Shown here one piece after another: positions 21,428-34,850 of a DNA stretch of 64,000 nt. The stretch spans positions 343,232,001 to 343,296,000 of the forward strand of contig OZ024742.1 of NCBI GenBank assembly GCA_964016885.1. The letters are read 5' to 3'. Made by a program: the position numbers and the translations under genes. Under the pieces are notes generated by a model. That model worked only from the letters and a program-made list of their open reading frames with translations. It made no database searches and was not told the origin of the DNA. How positions within the stretch are numbered: position 1 is the first letter of the stretch; each line of letters opens with the position of its first letter. Origin of the DNA: Eledone cirrhosa (taxonomy: Eukaryota).

Positions 21428-24182
21428 TACTAAATCCCTCCCTCGTGAAGAATGCACCTCCCAACATAGCCTAGTAGTTAGTGACCTCATAGTCAGGAAT
21501 AGACGTACTCGACGAGAGAGGAGGCCTACCTTGAGGAGAAGAATATGGAAGTTGAAGGACCTCATAGCCAGTGACAAATTTAAAAGCTTATTACTTGATG
21601 ACTTTGACAATAAGGAAGAGCAATTAGAGACGTGCAATATAGAGGAACAGTGACAATTCTTGAAAGTGAACGTGCTGAAAGCAACGGATGAAATCTGTGG
21701 CTGGAGGAGAGTAACTTGGTGGTGGAACAGTAAGGTAGAAGAGACAATCAAGGCCAAAAAGCAGGCTTGGAAAGTATGGCAGGATGGGGGAAGTAGAGAG
21801 CACTATCAAGTGGCCAGGAGAAAAGCTAGGAGACAAGTCTACCTTGCAAAATGGGAAACAGAGGAAAGAAAGTTCAAGCATGTTCTCCAACATGAGGACC
21901 AAAAATGCAAGGTATTCAGGATTGCTAGACAATGTGTCAAGGAAAACCGTGATATTGTCGGGGAGAAGTGTGTCCGTAATGATAACAGTGTACTTGCCCT
22001 CACTGATACTGATAAGAAGATAACCTGGAAGTGTCACTACAAGAGACTATTAAATGAGGAGAATAAGTGGGAAAAAGATAGTCTGCCCCAAATCGATCCA
22101 ATAGAAGGACCAGCGGTGCAAGTTAAAGGTATTATAATAAGTAAGGCAATCAAAGATATGAAGACAGGCAAGGCAGCTGGGCTTTCGGAGATAGTTGCTG
22201 AGATGGTGAAGGCATCTGGAATGGTGGGACATACTATGGTCACCCGTATAGTTAACCAAGTAATACAGAATGGGGTCATACCAAAAGACTGGCGTAGCAG
22301 CAGCATCATTAACTGCTACAAGGGTAAAGGAGATGCTCTAGATAGAGGAAACTATAGAGGCATTTAGTTAGTTGACCAGGTCATGAAGGTCACAGAAAGA
22401 GTTATAGCGCAACTAATCAGAGAGCGAATTGATCTAGATAAAATGCAGTTTGGGTTTGTGTCAGGTAAAAGTACCACAGACGCTCTTTTCCTTGTACGAC
22501 AACTACAGGAGAAGTACCTAGCTAAAAGTAAACCCCTCTACTTAGCTTTTGTAGACCTGGAAAAAGCCTTTGACAGAGTCCCCCGCTCTGATGGGCTCTT
22601 AGAAAACTAGGTGTAGATGTATGGCTTGTGAGAGCTATATAAGCTATGTATAATGAAACAGTCAGTAAGGTTAGAATTAACAATGAATATTGTGAAGAAT
22701 TTAGTGTAAAAGTTGGTGTTCACCAAGGCTCTGTCCTTATCCCCCTCCTATTTATTATTGCCCTTCAGGCTATAACAGAGGAGTTCAAGACTGGCTTCCC
22801 ATGGGAACTCCTATACACAGATGATCTAACGCTCATAGCTGAATCAATGGCTGAACTAGAGAAGAAATTCCAAACATGGAAACATTGCCTAGAATCAAAA
22901 GGCCTTAAAGTTAACTTGTCTAAGACTAAAGTTCTAGTTTGTAGAAAAGAAATTAAGGCACAGGTACCCTCAGAGAAATGGCCATGCTCAGTGTATAGGA
23001 AAGGAGTAGGCAGAAACTCCATTTTATGTCCCAAATGCAAAGTATGGGTACATAAAAGATGTAGTGGGATCACAGGTAAACTATCTAAGAACGTAGACGT
23101 TATATGTGGCCGATGCTCAGGTGCAATAGGTAGCAAGTGTCCACAGGATACTAGCCCCTTCTATTGCCCAGATGGTTCTATAGAAATAGTACACACTTTC
23201 CGTTACCTGGATGACAAAATCAGCAGTGGTGGAGGGTGTTCTGAAAGTACAGTAGCCAGAGTCAGAACGGGATGGAAAAAATTCAGAGAGCTTATACCAC
23301 TGTTGGCCACAAAAGGTTTCTCTCTAAAAATGAAAGGCAGATTGTATGATGCTTGTATACGAACAGCAATGCTACATGGCAGTGAGACATGGGCATTACG
23401 TGCAGAGGACCTGCGCAGACTGGAAAGGAACGAAGCATGCATGTTCTGTTGGATGTGTAATAGAAATATACGTGAACGGCAAAGCATGAATGAACTAAGT
23501 GAGAAATTAGGAATAAGGGGGATCAGATGCTGTTTACTTGAGAGAAGACTACGTTGGTATGGTCACGTGATGCGCATGAAAGACAACAGCTGTATAAAAA
23601 AGTGCAGGGCAATTAAAATTGATGGTAGTTACGGAGTAGGTAGACCCAGAAAAACCTGGGATGATCTGATAAATTCCGACCTTACACACTTGCACCTCTC
23701 TAAGACAATGTCACTGGACCAAGATCTTTGACACTACGCAGTAATACAGAAGACCCGCCTTTCCTATATACAATGCGAAACCTACAGTCAGTAGGGACCT
23801 CTTAACCAAATATACACCCCAATCCACTACTCCTACCCTATCCTCCCACTCCCACCAACACCACCCTCTGTCTATAAAGTTGGTACCACAACATCCAGTC
23901 CAAGTAAATGAGATAATGAGATCGAGATCATGTAGGTGTCACGAGAAAAAACACACAGTTCAAGCTGTAATGTGGTCGTGTAGGTAACACGGTAAAAAGT
24001 TCCCAGTTCCACACTGTAAATGTGGTTGGTGTTAGGAAGGGCATCCAACCGTAGAAAACCTGCCAGATAGTCCTATATGAGCGAGACATGGTCACCCGAC
24101 CAACCTTGCCTCAAGTGGGACAACTCCCGTCTAACCCATGCTAGCGTGGAAAATGGACGTTAAACGAAGATGATGATGATGA
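21428..24182 (+). mobile_element. 5'-truncated, decayed RTE-A copy (A2); a 100-bp 3' end of the same family lies at 21224-21325
   Basis: ORF pieces 21336-21653, 21660-22367, 22383-22610, 22646-23731 (YTDD), then 3' UTR and (GAT)n. A 36-bp flanking direct repeat at 21395-21430 and 24182-24217 (1 mismatch) is a possible TSD. Confidence 0.92.
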
Positions 24183-24334
24183 CATACATTTGTATATAGG
24201 CATAGACATATACATACATTTGTGTTTATTAATACATATGTATGTGAAGTTTAAAAGTATTTTGCTATCATGCAAAGTATGACAAAACATAAATTTTACC
24301 TATATAATAGTTGTAAATTAGATATATTCTCCAA

Positions 24335-24525
24335 ATATCGATCGAGCCATGGCAGTGGAGACTTCTGGTGTCTTTGGCCCTAGGGCCACATCCCTGCTCA
24401 CCACCATCAACACAGAGTTGGCTACCTGCAGATCTGAACCTCGCGAGCTGGATTGGCTCTTCCAGTGCGTCTCCCTCACCGTCCTCCGGAGAAACGCCTT
24501 CTCTATTCTGTCCATCGGGGCCACA
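24335..24525 (+). mobile_element. C-terminal fragment of an RLE-type (CRE-like) non-LTR retrotransposon
   Basis: AVETSGVFGPRA..LDWLFQCVSLTVLRRNAFSIL matches the AVET.G.WG..LFQR.S..+.RGNA.S+L C-terminal motif. Confidence 0.7.
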
Positions 24526-24950
24526 GGTTGGTCAGTGCAAGGATCCCCATTTGCTCACAATAGTGAGAGATGGGGAGAGCAGGAGAGATGGAGGCAGTGA
24601 CAATGGGAGTTTGGTCCTTTTGTGTTCAGAGCTGGTGCATATATAAGAGAGAATGAGTCTTTCCCACTATTAGTTAAGTTTGCACTGTTTAATATTTCAC
24701 ATGGTGTCTAAATATTTATAACTTTTCGATATATAACTCCTTGAGAGTATAAAGTAGATAATTGCCTGTGGGATTATCCACTTCAAGGGGTCATATTACC
24801 AATTTATTCTCAACAATTTTATAGTGGAAATTTAGGCATTGTTGTACTTTGTGTGATAGGAAAACACTTTGAAATTTCAATCTTACAATGTGCTTTGTAC
24901 ATGCTCTATTTGTATACATATATAAATTTGTCTACATACATATATACATA

Positions 24951-25148
24951 CAGGGGGACGCTGAAAAGTTCCTGGCTCTAAGGTTATCGCGAAAGGCCTG
25001 GTTGGAGGTCCAACTTTCCAAGGGCTTAGACAAACTGGACCGCTGCAATAAGTGTGTGAATCTGGGAGGAAAATATGTTGAATAAAATCATAATTAACTG
25101 ATCCTCCTTATTTTTACCCCAAACCAGGAACTTTTCAGCACCCCCTTG
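24951..25148 (+). mobile_element. Mariner-derived MITE (internally deleted)
   Basis: TIRs CAGGGGGACGCTGAAAAGTTCCTGG / CCAGGAACTTTTCAGCACCCCC after TA; retains the transposase end GLDKLDRCNKCVNLGGKYVE*. Confidence 0.8.
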
Positions 25149-25257
25149 TGTCCATACTCGCCCCCCTCGTCACCCCCCCCCCCATCTCCGACACCAACCA
25201 CGCCCTTTGCCTGTTCGACTCCCTCACTTACCCACCCGGCCCACACACCCTCCGCTT

Positions 25258-26255
25258 CACCCTCGGTCTAGACGTCGCCTGGTGGGTCGGTTCATGGAGC
25301 ACCTCCGAGATATTCGTCTCGGCGGGAGTTCCCCCATCGCCCGCCACTTTGGTTCCCCTGGACATTCCGCCCACCACCACACCGTCTGTGGCCTGATCCA
25401 ATGCCATGGGATACCCGGCACCCACCTTACGGTCAAGTAACACACCATCTTCACCCTACAGACTCCCCCCCTTGGCCTAAACTCCCCACTCCTCTTCCTT
25501 TAGCCTTCGCCCATCCCCCTCGCCCACACACCCTCTACTAACACCACTAAAACATTCCCTAGTTTCACTATCCCCTCCACCTCCAGTTATTCCCCCAACC
25601 CACCTTCCCCCTCACCACACACCATCACACATACACACACCCACGTACACACTGATATACCACCACTCCACACACACACTACCACCACTAACCCTCACTC
25701 ACACACCTGCATTCAACTCCCCCCCACCCCCCACCACCACTAATAATACTAACACCCACTCTACCACACACACACACACACACACATTCATATCCAAACG
25801 CGCACGCACGCACACACACCAGTACATTACACTCCCTCCTACTGTCCCCACCACCTTCTCCCCCCCCCGTTACCCCTCCCCACATCCCACTAACACTTCT
25901 ACTACTATACACACTGCCCCCCTCCCCCCACACACAAATACCGCCACCCTCTCCCTCTACCTGTCCACCGCATCTCCGCACCCACATACACACATTCTAC
26001 ACCCCATACTGACCATCACTAACACCTGTCAGCCTCCTCCTCCCTACTTTGCCTGCTGTCACCTTCCTACTGCTATCTCTTTTCTCCCTGCCTTGACCCT
26101 CTGACCACTTCCTGTTGCGCACTCACCCCACAACTCTCCACTTCCTCTATACTATACTAAGGATTTTACACCCCGCTCCACCTCTCCAGGCATCCACCCT
26201 GTTATACTCGCAATTTTCAACATCCGTTTCTACAGTCTGCGGAAAAACATCCAGG

Positions 26256-26327
<72 letters not shown>

Positions 26328-26840
26328 ATTTTCGCACCACGCAACCATACATCCACACCACACAAAAGCACACACACACACACATGCGTATCCTCACGTA
26401 CACACAGTCAGCCTCCGGACTCCACATGCCCCCTCTCCCCCACCCTGTCCGACCCCACTCCATCCACACACACACACACACTGACTTACACCCCACCCCA
26501 TGTATACACTGGTTTCCCTATTACCCGAACATGGAACCTCGTTCTTCCCCAAATTCTCATATTCACATCCACACACCTACACCTACACACACAGACACAC
26601 ACACCACCTTCAGCCCTCCCCGCTCGGTCTCCCTCTCCCATTTACCCCCTCCATCCACCTACCATCACCCCCTATACGCCTCACACCCTTTCACCACTTG
26701 TTTCATTTTAATTTTTTTACCCTCTAAAACAATTCCCCCCCCCCTCTTTTAATGTCTTTCCACCACTCCCTCTCACACAGTCGGAACTCTTTTCTGGCCC
26801 ACTTTTCTCCTGATGAAGGGCTTATGCCCAAAACGTCATC
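25258..26840 (+). mobile_element. Penelope-like remnant: GIY-YIG C-terminal half, C/A-rich 3' region, terminal hammerhead-like motif
   Basis: RRRLVGRFMEHLRDIR..SPIARHFGSPGHS..VCGLIQCHG..IFTLQT.PLGLN (25258-25503). At 26810, CTGATGAAGGGCTTATGCCCaAAACGTC (stem II GGGC/GCCC; GAAA changed to AAAA). Confidence 0.75.
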
Positions 26841-26947
26841 CCCCACCCCCCACTCTCAAGTGTGAAACTAATAACATTTTGTACTGCCTCTTCGCTTCGT
26901 TTTTTTTTGTTTTCTGTTTCAACTATAATATATGTATATATATATAT

Positions 26948-29877
26948 TGGTCACGTTAGACAACATTGTGACGGCTACGACGAAATCCATGGAGGCTATG
27001 GGTTTGGTACTAGAAATGAGGAAGGCTCCAGAATCCTGGAATTCTGTGACGCAAATAACCTAACTATCTGCAACACTAACTTCAAAAAACGAGACAATCA
27101 CTTGATCACCTACAGATCAGGGGAACATACCAGCCAGGTAGATTATATCCTTACCAGGAGACGTGACAGAGTGACTGTTGTAAACACTAAATCCCTCCCC
27201 CATGAAGAATGCACCTCCCAACATAGACTGATAATTAGCGACCTAATGGTCAGGACGAGACGTACTAGACAACAGAAGAGGACTATCCTCAGGAGAAAAA
27301 TATGGAAGCTAAAGGACCCCACAGCCAAAAATAAATTTCAAAGCATATTACTTGATGCTTTCGACAGTAAGGAAGAGCATTTAGAGTCGGACAATATAGA
27401 GGGACAGTGGGAATTTCTGAAAGCAAACCTGCTGATGGCGACAGATGAAGTCTGTGGCTGGAGCAGGCCTGTTGGCAGGAGGAGAGTAACTTGGTGGTGG
27501 AACAGTAAGGTGGAGGAGTCAATCAAGGCCAAAAAGCAGGCTTGGAAAGTATGGCAGGATGGGGGAAGTAGAGAAGACTATCAAGTGGCCAGGAGGGAAG
27601 CTAGGAGACAAGTGTACTTCGCAAGAAGGGAAGCAGAGGAAAGAAAGTTCAAGCATGTTCTACAACGCGAGGACCAAAAACGTGAGGTGTTCAGGATTGC
27701 TAGGCAATGTGTCAAGGAAAACAGTGATATTGTCGGGGAGAAGTGTGTACTTAATGATGACGGCGTACTTGCCATCACCGACGCTGATAAGAAGGTAGCT
27801 TGGAAGTGTCACTATGAAAGGCTACTAAATGAGGAAAATAAAAGGGAGAATGACAGTCTCCCCCACATCGACCCAATAGAGGGACCAGCAGTGTTAGTCG
27901 AGGGTAGTATAATAAGTAAGGCAATCAAAGATATGAAGACGGGTAAGGCGGCTGGGCCTTCGGAAATAGTTGCCGAGATGCTGAAGGCATCTGGTACGGT
28001 GGGACACACAATGGTCACCCAGATAGTCAACCAAGTCATACAGAATGGGGCTGTTCCGAAGGACTGGCGTAGCACCATCATCGTTAACTGTTATAAGGGT
28101 AAAGGAGATGCCCTAGATAGGAGTAACTATAGAGGCATTAAATTAATCGACCAGGTCATGAAGGTCACAGAAAAAGTAATAGCGCAACTAATCAGAGAGC
28201 GAATTGATCTTGATGAAATGCAGTTCGGGTTTGTGTCAGGAAAAAGTACCACACGCGCTCTTTTCATTGTACGACAACTACAGGAGAAGTACCTAGCTAA
28301 AAGTAAACCCCTATACTTAGCTTTCGTCGACTTGGAGAAAGCCTTCGACAGAGTCCCCCGTTCCATTATCTGGTGGGCTCTTAGAAAACTAGGTGTTGAT
28401 GAATGGCTTGTGAGAGCTATACAAGCCATGTATAAAGAAACAGTCAGCAAGGTTAGAATTAACAACGAATATAGTGAAGAGTTTAGTGTAAAAGTTGGTG
28501 TTCATCAGGGCTCTGTTCTTAGCCCCCTACTATTTATTATTGCCCTCCAGGCTATAACAGTGGAGTTCAAGACCGGCTGCCCATGGGAACTCCTATACGC
28601 AGATGATCTAACGCTCATAGCTGAAACAATGGCCGAGCTAGAGAAGAAATTCCAAACATGGAAGCACGGCCTAGAATCAAAAGGCCTTAAAATTAACCTG
28701 GCTAAGACTAAAGTTCTAGTTTGTAAGAAAGAAAATAAGGCGGCGGTCCCCTCCGGGAAGTGGCCATGCTCAGAGTGTAGGAAAGGCGTAGGTAGAAACT
28801 CCATTTTGTGTCCCAAATGCAAAGTTTGGGTGCATAAAAGATGTAGTGGGATCACAGGTAAGCTAACTAAGAACATAGATTTTACATGTGGCCGGTGTTC
28901 TGGGGCAATAAGTAGCAGCAAGTGCCCAAAAATGCTAGCTCTTTCAACTGCGCAGAGGGTTCTATAGAAATAGTGGACAGCTTCCGTTACCTGGGTGACA
29001 AAATCAGCAGTGGGGGAGGGTGCTCTGAAAGTACAGTAGCTAGAGTCAGAACTGGGTGGAAAAAGTTCAGAGAGCTCATACCACTATTAGCCGCTAAAGG
29101 GTTCTCTCTAAAAATGAAGGGCAGACTGTATGATGCCTGCATACGAACAGCAATGTTACATGGCAGTGAGACCTGGGCATTGTGTGCAGAGGATATACGC
29201 AGACTGGAGAGAAACGAAGCTTGCATGCTCCGCTGGATGTGTAATAGTAACATACGTGAACGGCAAAGCATAAACGTGCTAAGGGAGAAATTAGATGTTG
29301 TTTACTCGAGTAAAGACTACGTTGGTATGGTCACGTGATGCGCATGAAAGATGACAGCTGTATAAAAAAGTGCAGGGCAATAAAAATAGACGGTAGCCAC
29401 GGAGTAGGCAGACCCAGAAATCCTGGGACGACTTGATAAATTCCGACCTCACACACTTACACCTCTCCAAGGCAATGTCACTGGACCGAGAGCTTTGGCG
29501 CTACACAGTAATAGAGAAGACCCGCCTTACCTAAATACAAAGTAAAACCTACTACAGTCAGTAGGCACCTCTAACAAAATACACCCCGTCCCACTACCCC
29601 CACCCCATCCACACCACCCCTTCAATGTAAAGTTATGTTGGTGTCACAACATCCAGCCCGAAACAAATGAGGTAGTGTAGGTGTCACGACAAAAAAACAC
29701 ACAGTCCACGCTGTAATGTGGCCGTGTAGGCAACACGGTAAAAACCTCCCAGTCCACACTGTAAATGTGGTTGGTGTTAGGAAGAGCATCCAGCCGTAGA
29801 AAACCCGCCAGATAGTCCTATGCGAGCAAGATAACCACTCTTGCCTCAAGTGGGAAAAACCCTCCGTCCTATGATGA

Positions 29878-29880
<3 letters not shown>
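26948..29880 (+). mobile_element. 5'-truncated RTE-A copy (A3)
   Basis: ORF 26862-28967 (RTE from GHVRQH on; YADD), frameshift at ~28929, short deletion at ~29294, shortened 3' end plus (GAT)n; begins directly after (TA)n. Confidence 0.93.
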
Positions 29881-29922
<42 letters not shown>

Positions 29923-29924
<2 letters not shown>

Positions 29925-31975
29925 ACATAGATCCAATAGAGGGACCAGCAGTGTTAATCGAAGGTAGTATAATAAGTAAGGCAATCAAAGATATGAAGAC
30001 AGGTAAGGCGGCTGGGCCTTCGGAAATAGTTGCTGAAATGCTGAAAGCTTCTGGAACGGTGGGACACACCATGGTCACCCGGATAGTAAACCAAGTCATA
30101 CAGAATGGGGTTGTCCCGAAGGACTGGCGTAGCATCATCATCATTAACTGCTACAAGGGTAAAGGAGATGCCCTAGATAGGAGTAACTATAGAGGCATTA
30201 AATTAATCGACCAGGTCATGAAGGTCACAGAAAAAGTAATAGCGCAACTAATCAGAGAGAGAATTGATCTAGATGAAATGCAGTTCGGGTTTGTGTCAGG
30301 TAAAAGTATCACAGACGCTCTTTTCATTGTACGACAACTACAGGAGAAGTACCTAGCTAAAAGTAAACCCCTATACTTAGCTTTTGTCTACTTGGAGAAA
30401 GCCTTCTACAGAGTCCCTCGTTCCATTATCTGGTGGGCCCTTAGAAAACTAGGTGTTGATGAATGGCTTGTGAGAGCTATACAAGCCATGTATAAAGAAA
30501 GAGTCAGCAAGGTTAGAATTAACAACGAATATAGTGATGAGTTTAGCGTAAAAGTTGGTGTTCATCGGGGCTCCGTTCTTAGCCCCCTACTATTTATTAT
30601 TGCCCTTCAGGCTCTAACAGTGGAGTTCAAGACCGGCTGCCTATGGGAACTCCTATACGCAGAGGATCTAACGCTCATAGCTGAATCAATGGCCGAACTA
30701 GAGAAGAAATTCCAAACATGGAAGCATGGCCTAGAATCAAAAGGCCTTAAAATTAACCTGTCTAAGACTAAAGTTCTAGTTTGTAGGAAGGAAAATAGGA
30801 CACCGGTCCCATCCGGGAAATGGCCATGCTCAGTGTGTAGGAAAGGAGTAGGTAGAAACTCCATTTTATGTCCCAAATGCAAAGTATGGGTGCATAAAAG
30901 ATGTAGTGGGATCACAGGTAAGCTAACTAAGAACATAGATTTTATATGTGGCCAGTGCTCTGGTGCAATAAGTAGCAGCAAGTGCCCAAGAATACTAGCT
31001 CATTCCATTGCACATATGGTTCTATAGAAATAGTGGACACCTTCCGTTACTTGGGTGACAAAATCAGCAGTGGTGGAGAGTGCTCTGAAAGTACAGTAGC
31101 TAGAGTCAGAACTGGATGGAAAAAGTTCAGAGAGCTTATACCACTATTAGCCGCTAAAGGGTTCTCTCTAAAAATGAAAGGCTGGCTGCATGATGCCTGC
31201 ATACGAACAGCAATGTTACATGGCAGTGAGACCTGGGCATTGTGTGCAGAGGACATATGCAGACTGGAGAGAAACGAAGCTTGCATGCTCTGCTGGATGT
31301 GTAATAGTAATATACGTGAACGGCAAAGCATAAACGAACTAAGGGAAAAATTAGAAATAAGAGGGATCAGATGTTGTTTACTCGAGAGAAGACTACGTTG
31401 GTATGGTCACGTGATGCGCATGAAAGACGACAGCTGTATAAAAAAGTGCAGGGCAATAAAAATAGACAGAAAAACCTGGGACGACTTGATAAATTCCGAC
31501 CTCACACACTTACACCTCTCCAAGACAATGTCACTGGACCGAGATCTTTGGCGCTACACAATAATACAGAAGACCCGCCTTACCTACGTACAAAGTGAAA
31601 CCTACTACAGTCAGTAGGCACCTCTAAGAAAATACACCCCCGTCCCACTACCCCCACTCCATCCACTCCACCCCTTTCAGTGTGAAGTTATGTTGGTACC
31701 ACAACATCCAGTCCGAAACAAATGAGGTCGTGTAGGTGTCACAACAAAAAAACACACAATCCACGCTGTAATGTGGCCATGTAGGCAACACGGTAAAAAC
31801 CTCCCAGTTCCACACTGTAAATGTGGTTGGTGTTAGGAAGGGCATCCAGCCGTAGAAAACCCACCAGACAGTCCTATGCGAGTGAGACAACCACTCTTGC
31901 CTCAAGTGGGAAAACTCCCGTCCAAACCCATGCAAGCGTGGAAGATGGACGTTAAACGATGATGATGATGATGAT
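29923..31975 (+). mobile_element. 5'-truncated RTE-A copy (A4)
   Basis: ORFs 29951-31027 (YAED, catalytic Asp lost) and 30982-31617, 3' UTR, (GAT)n; separated from A3 only by a ~40-bp (TA)n run. Confidence 0.93.
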
Positions 31976-32495
31976 ATATATATATATATCAACTAGAAAT
32001 TGATTGACATATATATATATATATCTAAAATAAACACATGAAACAATCACAGATCTCCTGTGATTGATTCATGTGTTTATTTTAGATTGATATAAAATTT
32101 AGTTGATATAAAATGCTCTGATCTATTCATTGGAATCTTTGAGCATATTCTACAGTGGATATGGCGCATGTCTCGGAGATGACACCCTTAATTTAATTTT
32201 GGATATATATATATCAATGATATTAATAAATGGGAACTATTAATATCATTGATATTAATAAATTTATTAATATCATTGATAAATGGAAACTATATTCCAA
32301 ACGGAACCTGAACCTATAAGGTCTGGTTTCTAGGGTATGTCACTATAAAACAAATTTTGTATTTTATCTGATGAGGGCGTACCAAAGTTTTTAATATCAT
32401 TAATATCATTGATATTATACTCCAGGTAACCTGTTGAGTGCTTCGAATCTTATAAATAAATTTGTTAAATTACCAGCAAATTAAATATCTCTTTG

Positions 32496-33752
32496 ATATA
32501 TCTTGACTTTGCGAAGGCCTTTGTCAAGGTCGACCACGGAATGATATGTCACAAACTACATGGACTCGGCATAACTGGAAAAGTAGGTGAGTGGCTGCAT
32601 GACTTCCTAAAGGACAGAAGCCAGACAGTCGCAGCAAATGGGGCCCTCTGAAAGGAAACACCAATAACAAGTGGGGTTCCCCAGGGACAGTCCTGGGACC
32701 AGTACTGTTTTTGGTGGCTCTCTCAGACATGCCCTCTGTAGTACATACAACATCTCTCACTAGCTATGCTGATGACACTAAGGTAGCACAGACAATCAAA
32801 AACCCGGCTGACGCTGTCCTTTTACAACAAGATCTGGATGCCATATACAAATGGGCAGAAGAAAACAACATGCAGTTTAATGCTGGCAAATTCCAAGCCC
32901 TACAATACAAACCTCCAAACAAACCTGCAAACACAAATATAGTACAACACAACTACACAGGACCAGGAGGGACCGATATCCCCGTGTCAAAATCGATACG
33001 AGACCTGGGCATAGACATGAGTGATGATGCATCTTTTTCCTCACACATCATGAAAGTGGCGACAATGTGCAGACGACTCGCTGGCTGGATCTTGAGGACT
33101 TTCCGGACAAGAGACCGAGACACCATGTTGACACTATGGAGGACATTTGTCCTAATCCGCCTGGACTACTGCTCCCAGTTGTGGTCACCCCATAGTGTCA
33201 AACTAACCACGGAGCTTGAGACAATCCAGCGAAGCTACACCAAGGGGATTGCCACGATGAAGGAGACAAGCTACTGGGAGAGGCTAAAGGAACTGAACCT
33301 CTACTCCTTGGAACGAAGACGGGAGAGATACGCAGTGATCTACATGTGGAAAATCCTGGAGGGACTAGCACCAAACTTTGGCATTGGGAGCTGGACCAAC
33401 CGTTGAACAGGACGTCACTGTGTGGTGCCAAAGGTCCTGTCTTCCACATCTATAATAAGGAGCAGGTATTGCAATAGCCTGGGATTCAAGGGCCCTCAAC
33501 TCTTCAACAAGCTGCCGAGGGATCTGAGAGATTTGCATGACGTGGAGGTGTATGTCTTCAAGAAACATCTCAACACCTTGCTATCCAGGATCCCGGATGA
33601 GCCCACAGCAAGGCACGGGGGAAACCTAAGGGCAGCAGCAACAAACTCCCTCTTACACCAGTGGCCAACCTATACAGGCTGGAGATAAAATATGTAGCAA
33701 CAAGGGCGGTGCCCCAGCATGGCCTCAGCTGGATGGCTGAAACAGGTAAAAG
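32496..33752 (+). mobile_element. 5'-truncated CR1/L2-group LINE RT pseudogene
   Basis: YLDFAKAF.KVDHG..SGVPQG(frameshift)TVLGPVLF..SYADDTKV..LQQDLD..W..NNMQFN..RDLG..RLDYCSQLW..LYSLERRRER..LFNKLP; stops at ~32649 and 33404. Confidence 0.88.
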
Positions 33753-33773
33753 AGTATATATATCTATATATAA

Positions 33774-33967
33774 AATTTAATATAGAAATGGCTTCTACAG
33801 GATTAGAACTGTTTCATTCGAAAGAAATCACCAGGAAAGCCAACTGTTGTTGTAAAACGGTTGTATATTTATAAATACAACAATTTTACAATGACAGTTG
33901 GCTTTCCTGATGATTTCTTTTGAATGAAACAGTTCTAGTCCTGTAGAAACCATTTCTATATTAAATT
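33774..33967. ncRNA. ~95-bp-arm palindrome containing a hammerhead motif (+ strand, 33903-33949) and its inverted copy
   Basis: Right arm tttc CTGATGA tttcttttgaat GAAA cag ttctagtc ctg TA gaaa; the left arm is the reverse complement with CTGGTGA. Same family as 6311-6361. Confidence 0.7.
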
Positions 33968-34141
33968 ATGTTTACGCTCTTCCAATGTATTGAGTACCTT
34001 ACTTACTGTAGTTACCCTTGATTGAACCCGGGACTCACATAAATATATACATGCATATATATATATATATACATGCATATATATATATATATACACACAC
34101 TTCATTTCTAATGCTTTTATTTAAATCCTTCTTTCATTCAG

Positions 34142-34271
34142 GCCATAAATTCAGATATAGGTTCCCTCTCAAGCAGTTCCATTGAGTTCATCCAAGATGA
34201 CATGGTACATTATGGCCCAAGGAAGAGACGTGGAACTGGCAATGGTGGAGAGGAGGCTGTTGCTGATGAAG
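34142..34271 (+). CDS. Host gene exon B (130 nt, phase 0-1): AINSDIGSLSSSSIEFIQDDMVHYGPRKRRGTGNGGEEAVADE
   Basis: Acceptor cttctttcattcAG, donor AAG|GTATTT; open in the frame set by exon A. Confidence 0.8.
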
Positions 34272-34568
34272 GTATTTATAATGTTTACCTCACTGTTTAG
34301 CCTCCCATACTTGTCTTATTAACCCTTTTCGTGACATTGAAATACAATTGAAACTTAGAAATTTTTCAGCTCACACCTATGCAGGTTTAGCTGGCCTCTT
34401 ACCCAGTGGTATCTCTTAGGAGGTTTCTCGGATGTTTTAATGACATCATGAGAGTCCATATGAAATGAAAGACCTTACCCAAGAGCACAATCTGCTGCCT
34501 GATGCAGGAATCAAATCTATGACCTGATGTTCATGCATAATTAAATGTCCATGCATTAATTAAAAGTT

Positions 34569-34850
34569 GGTGTTAACTGGATGATGGATTAACTCTACCA
34601 CTCATAGGCCAGATGGTGGTGTTAAACTGGGTAATTGATTAACTCTACTACTCATGGGTCAAGTGATGGTGTCAAACTGGGTGATGGATTAACTCTACTA
34701 CTCAGGGGTCAAGTGATGGTGTCAAACTGGGTGATGGATTAAGTCTACTATTCAGGGGTCAGGTGGTGGTGTCAAACTGGGTGATGGATTAAGTCTACTA
34801 TTCAGGGGTCAGGTGGTGGTGTCAAACTGGGTGATGGATTAAGTCTGCTA
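34569..34850. repeat. 50-bp minisatellite, ~5.6 copies
   Basis: GGTGTCAAACTGGGTGATGGATTAACTCTACTACTCAGGGGTCAAGTGAT repeated with period 50. Confidence 0.9.
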
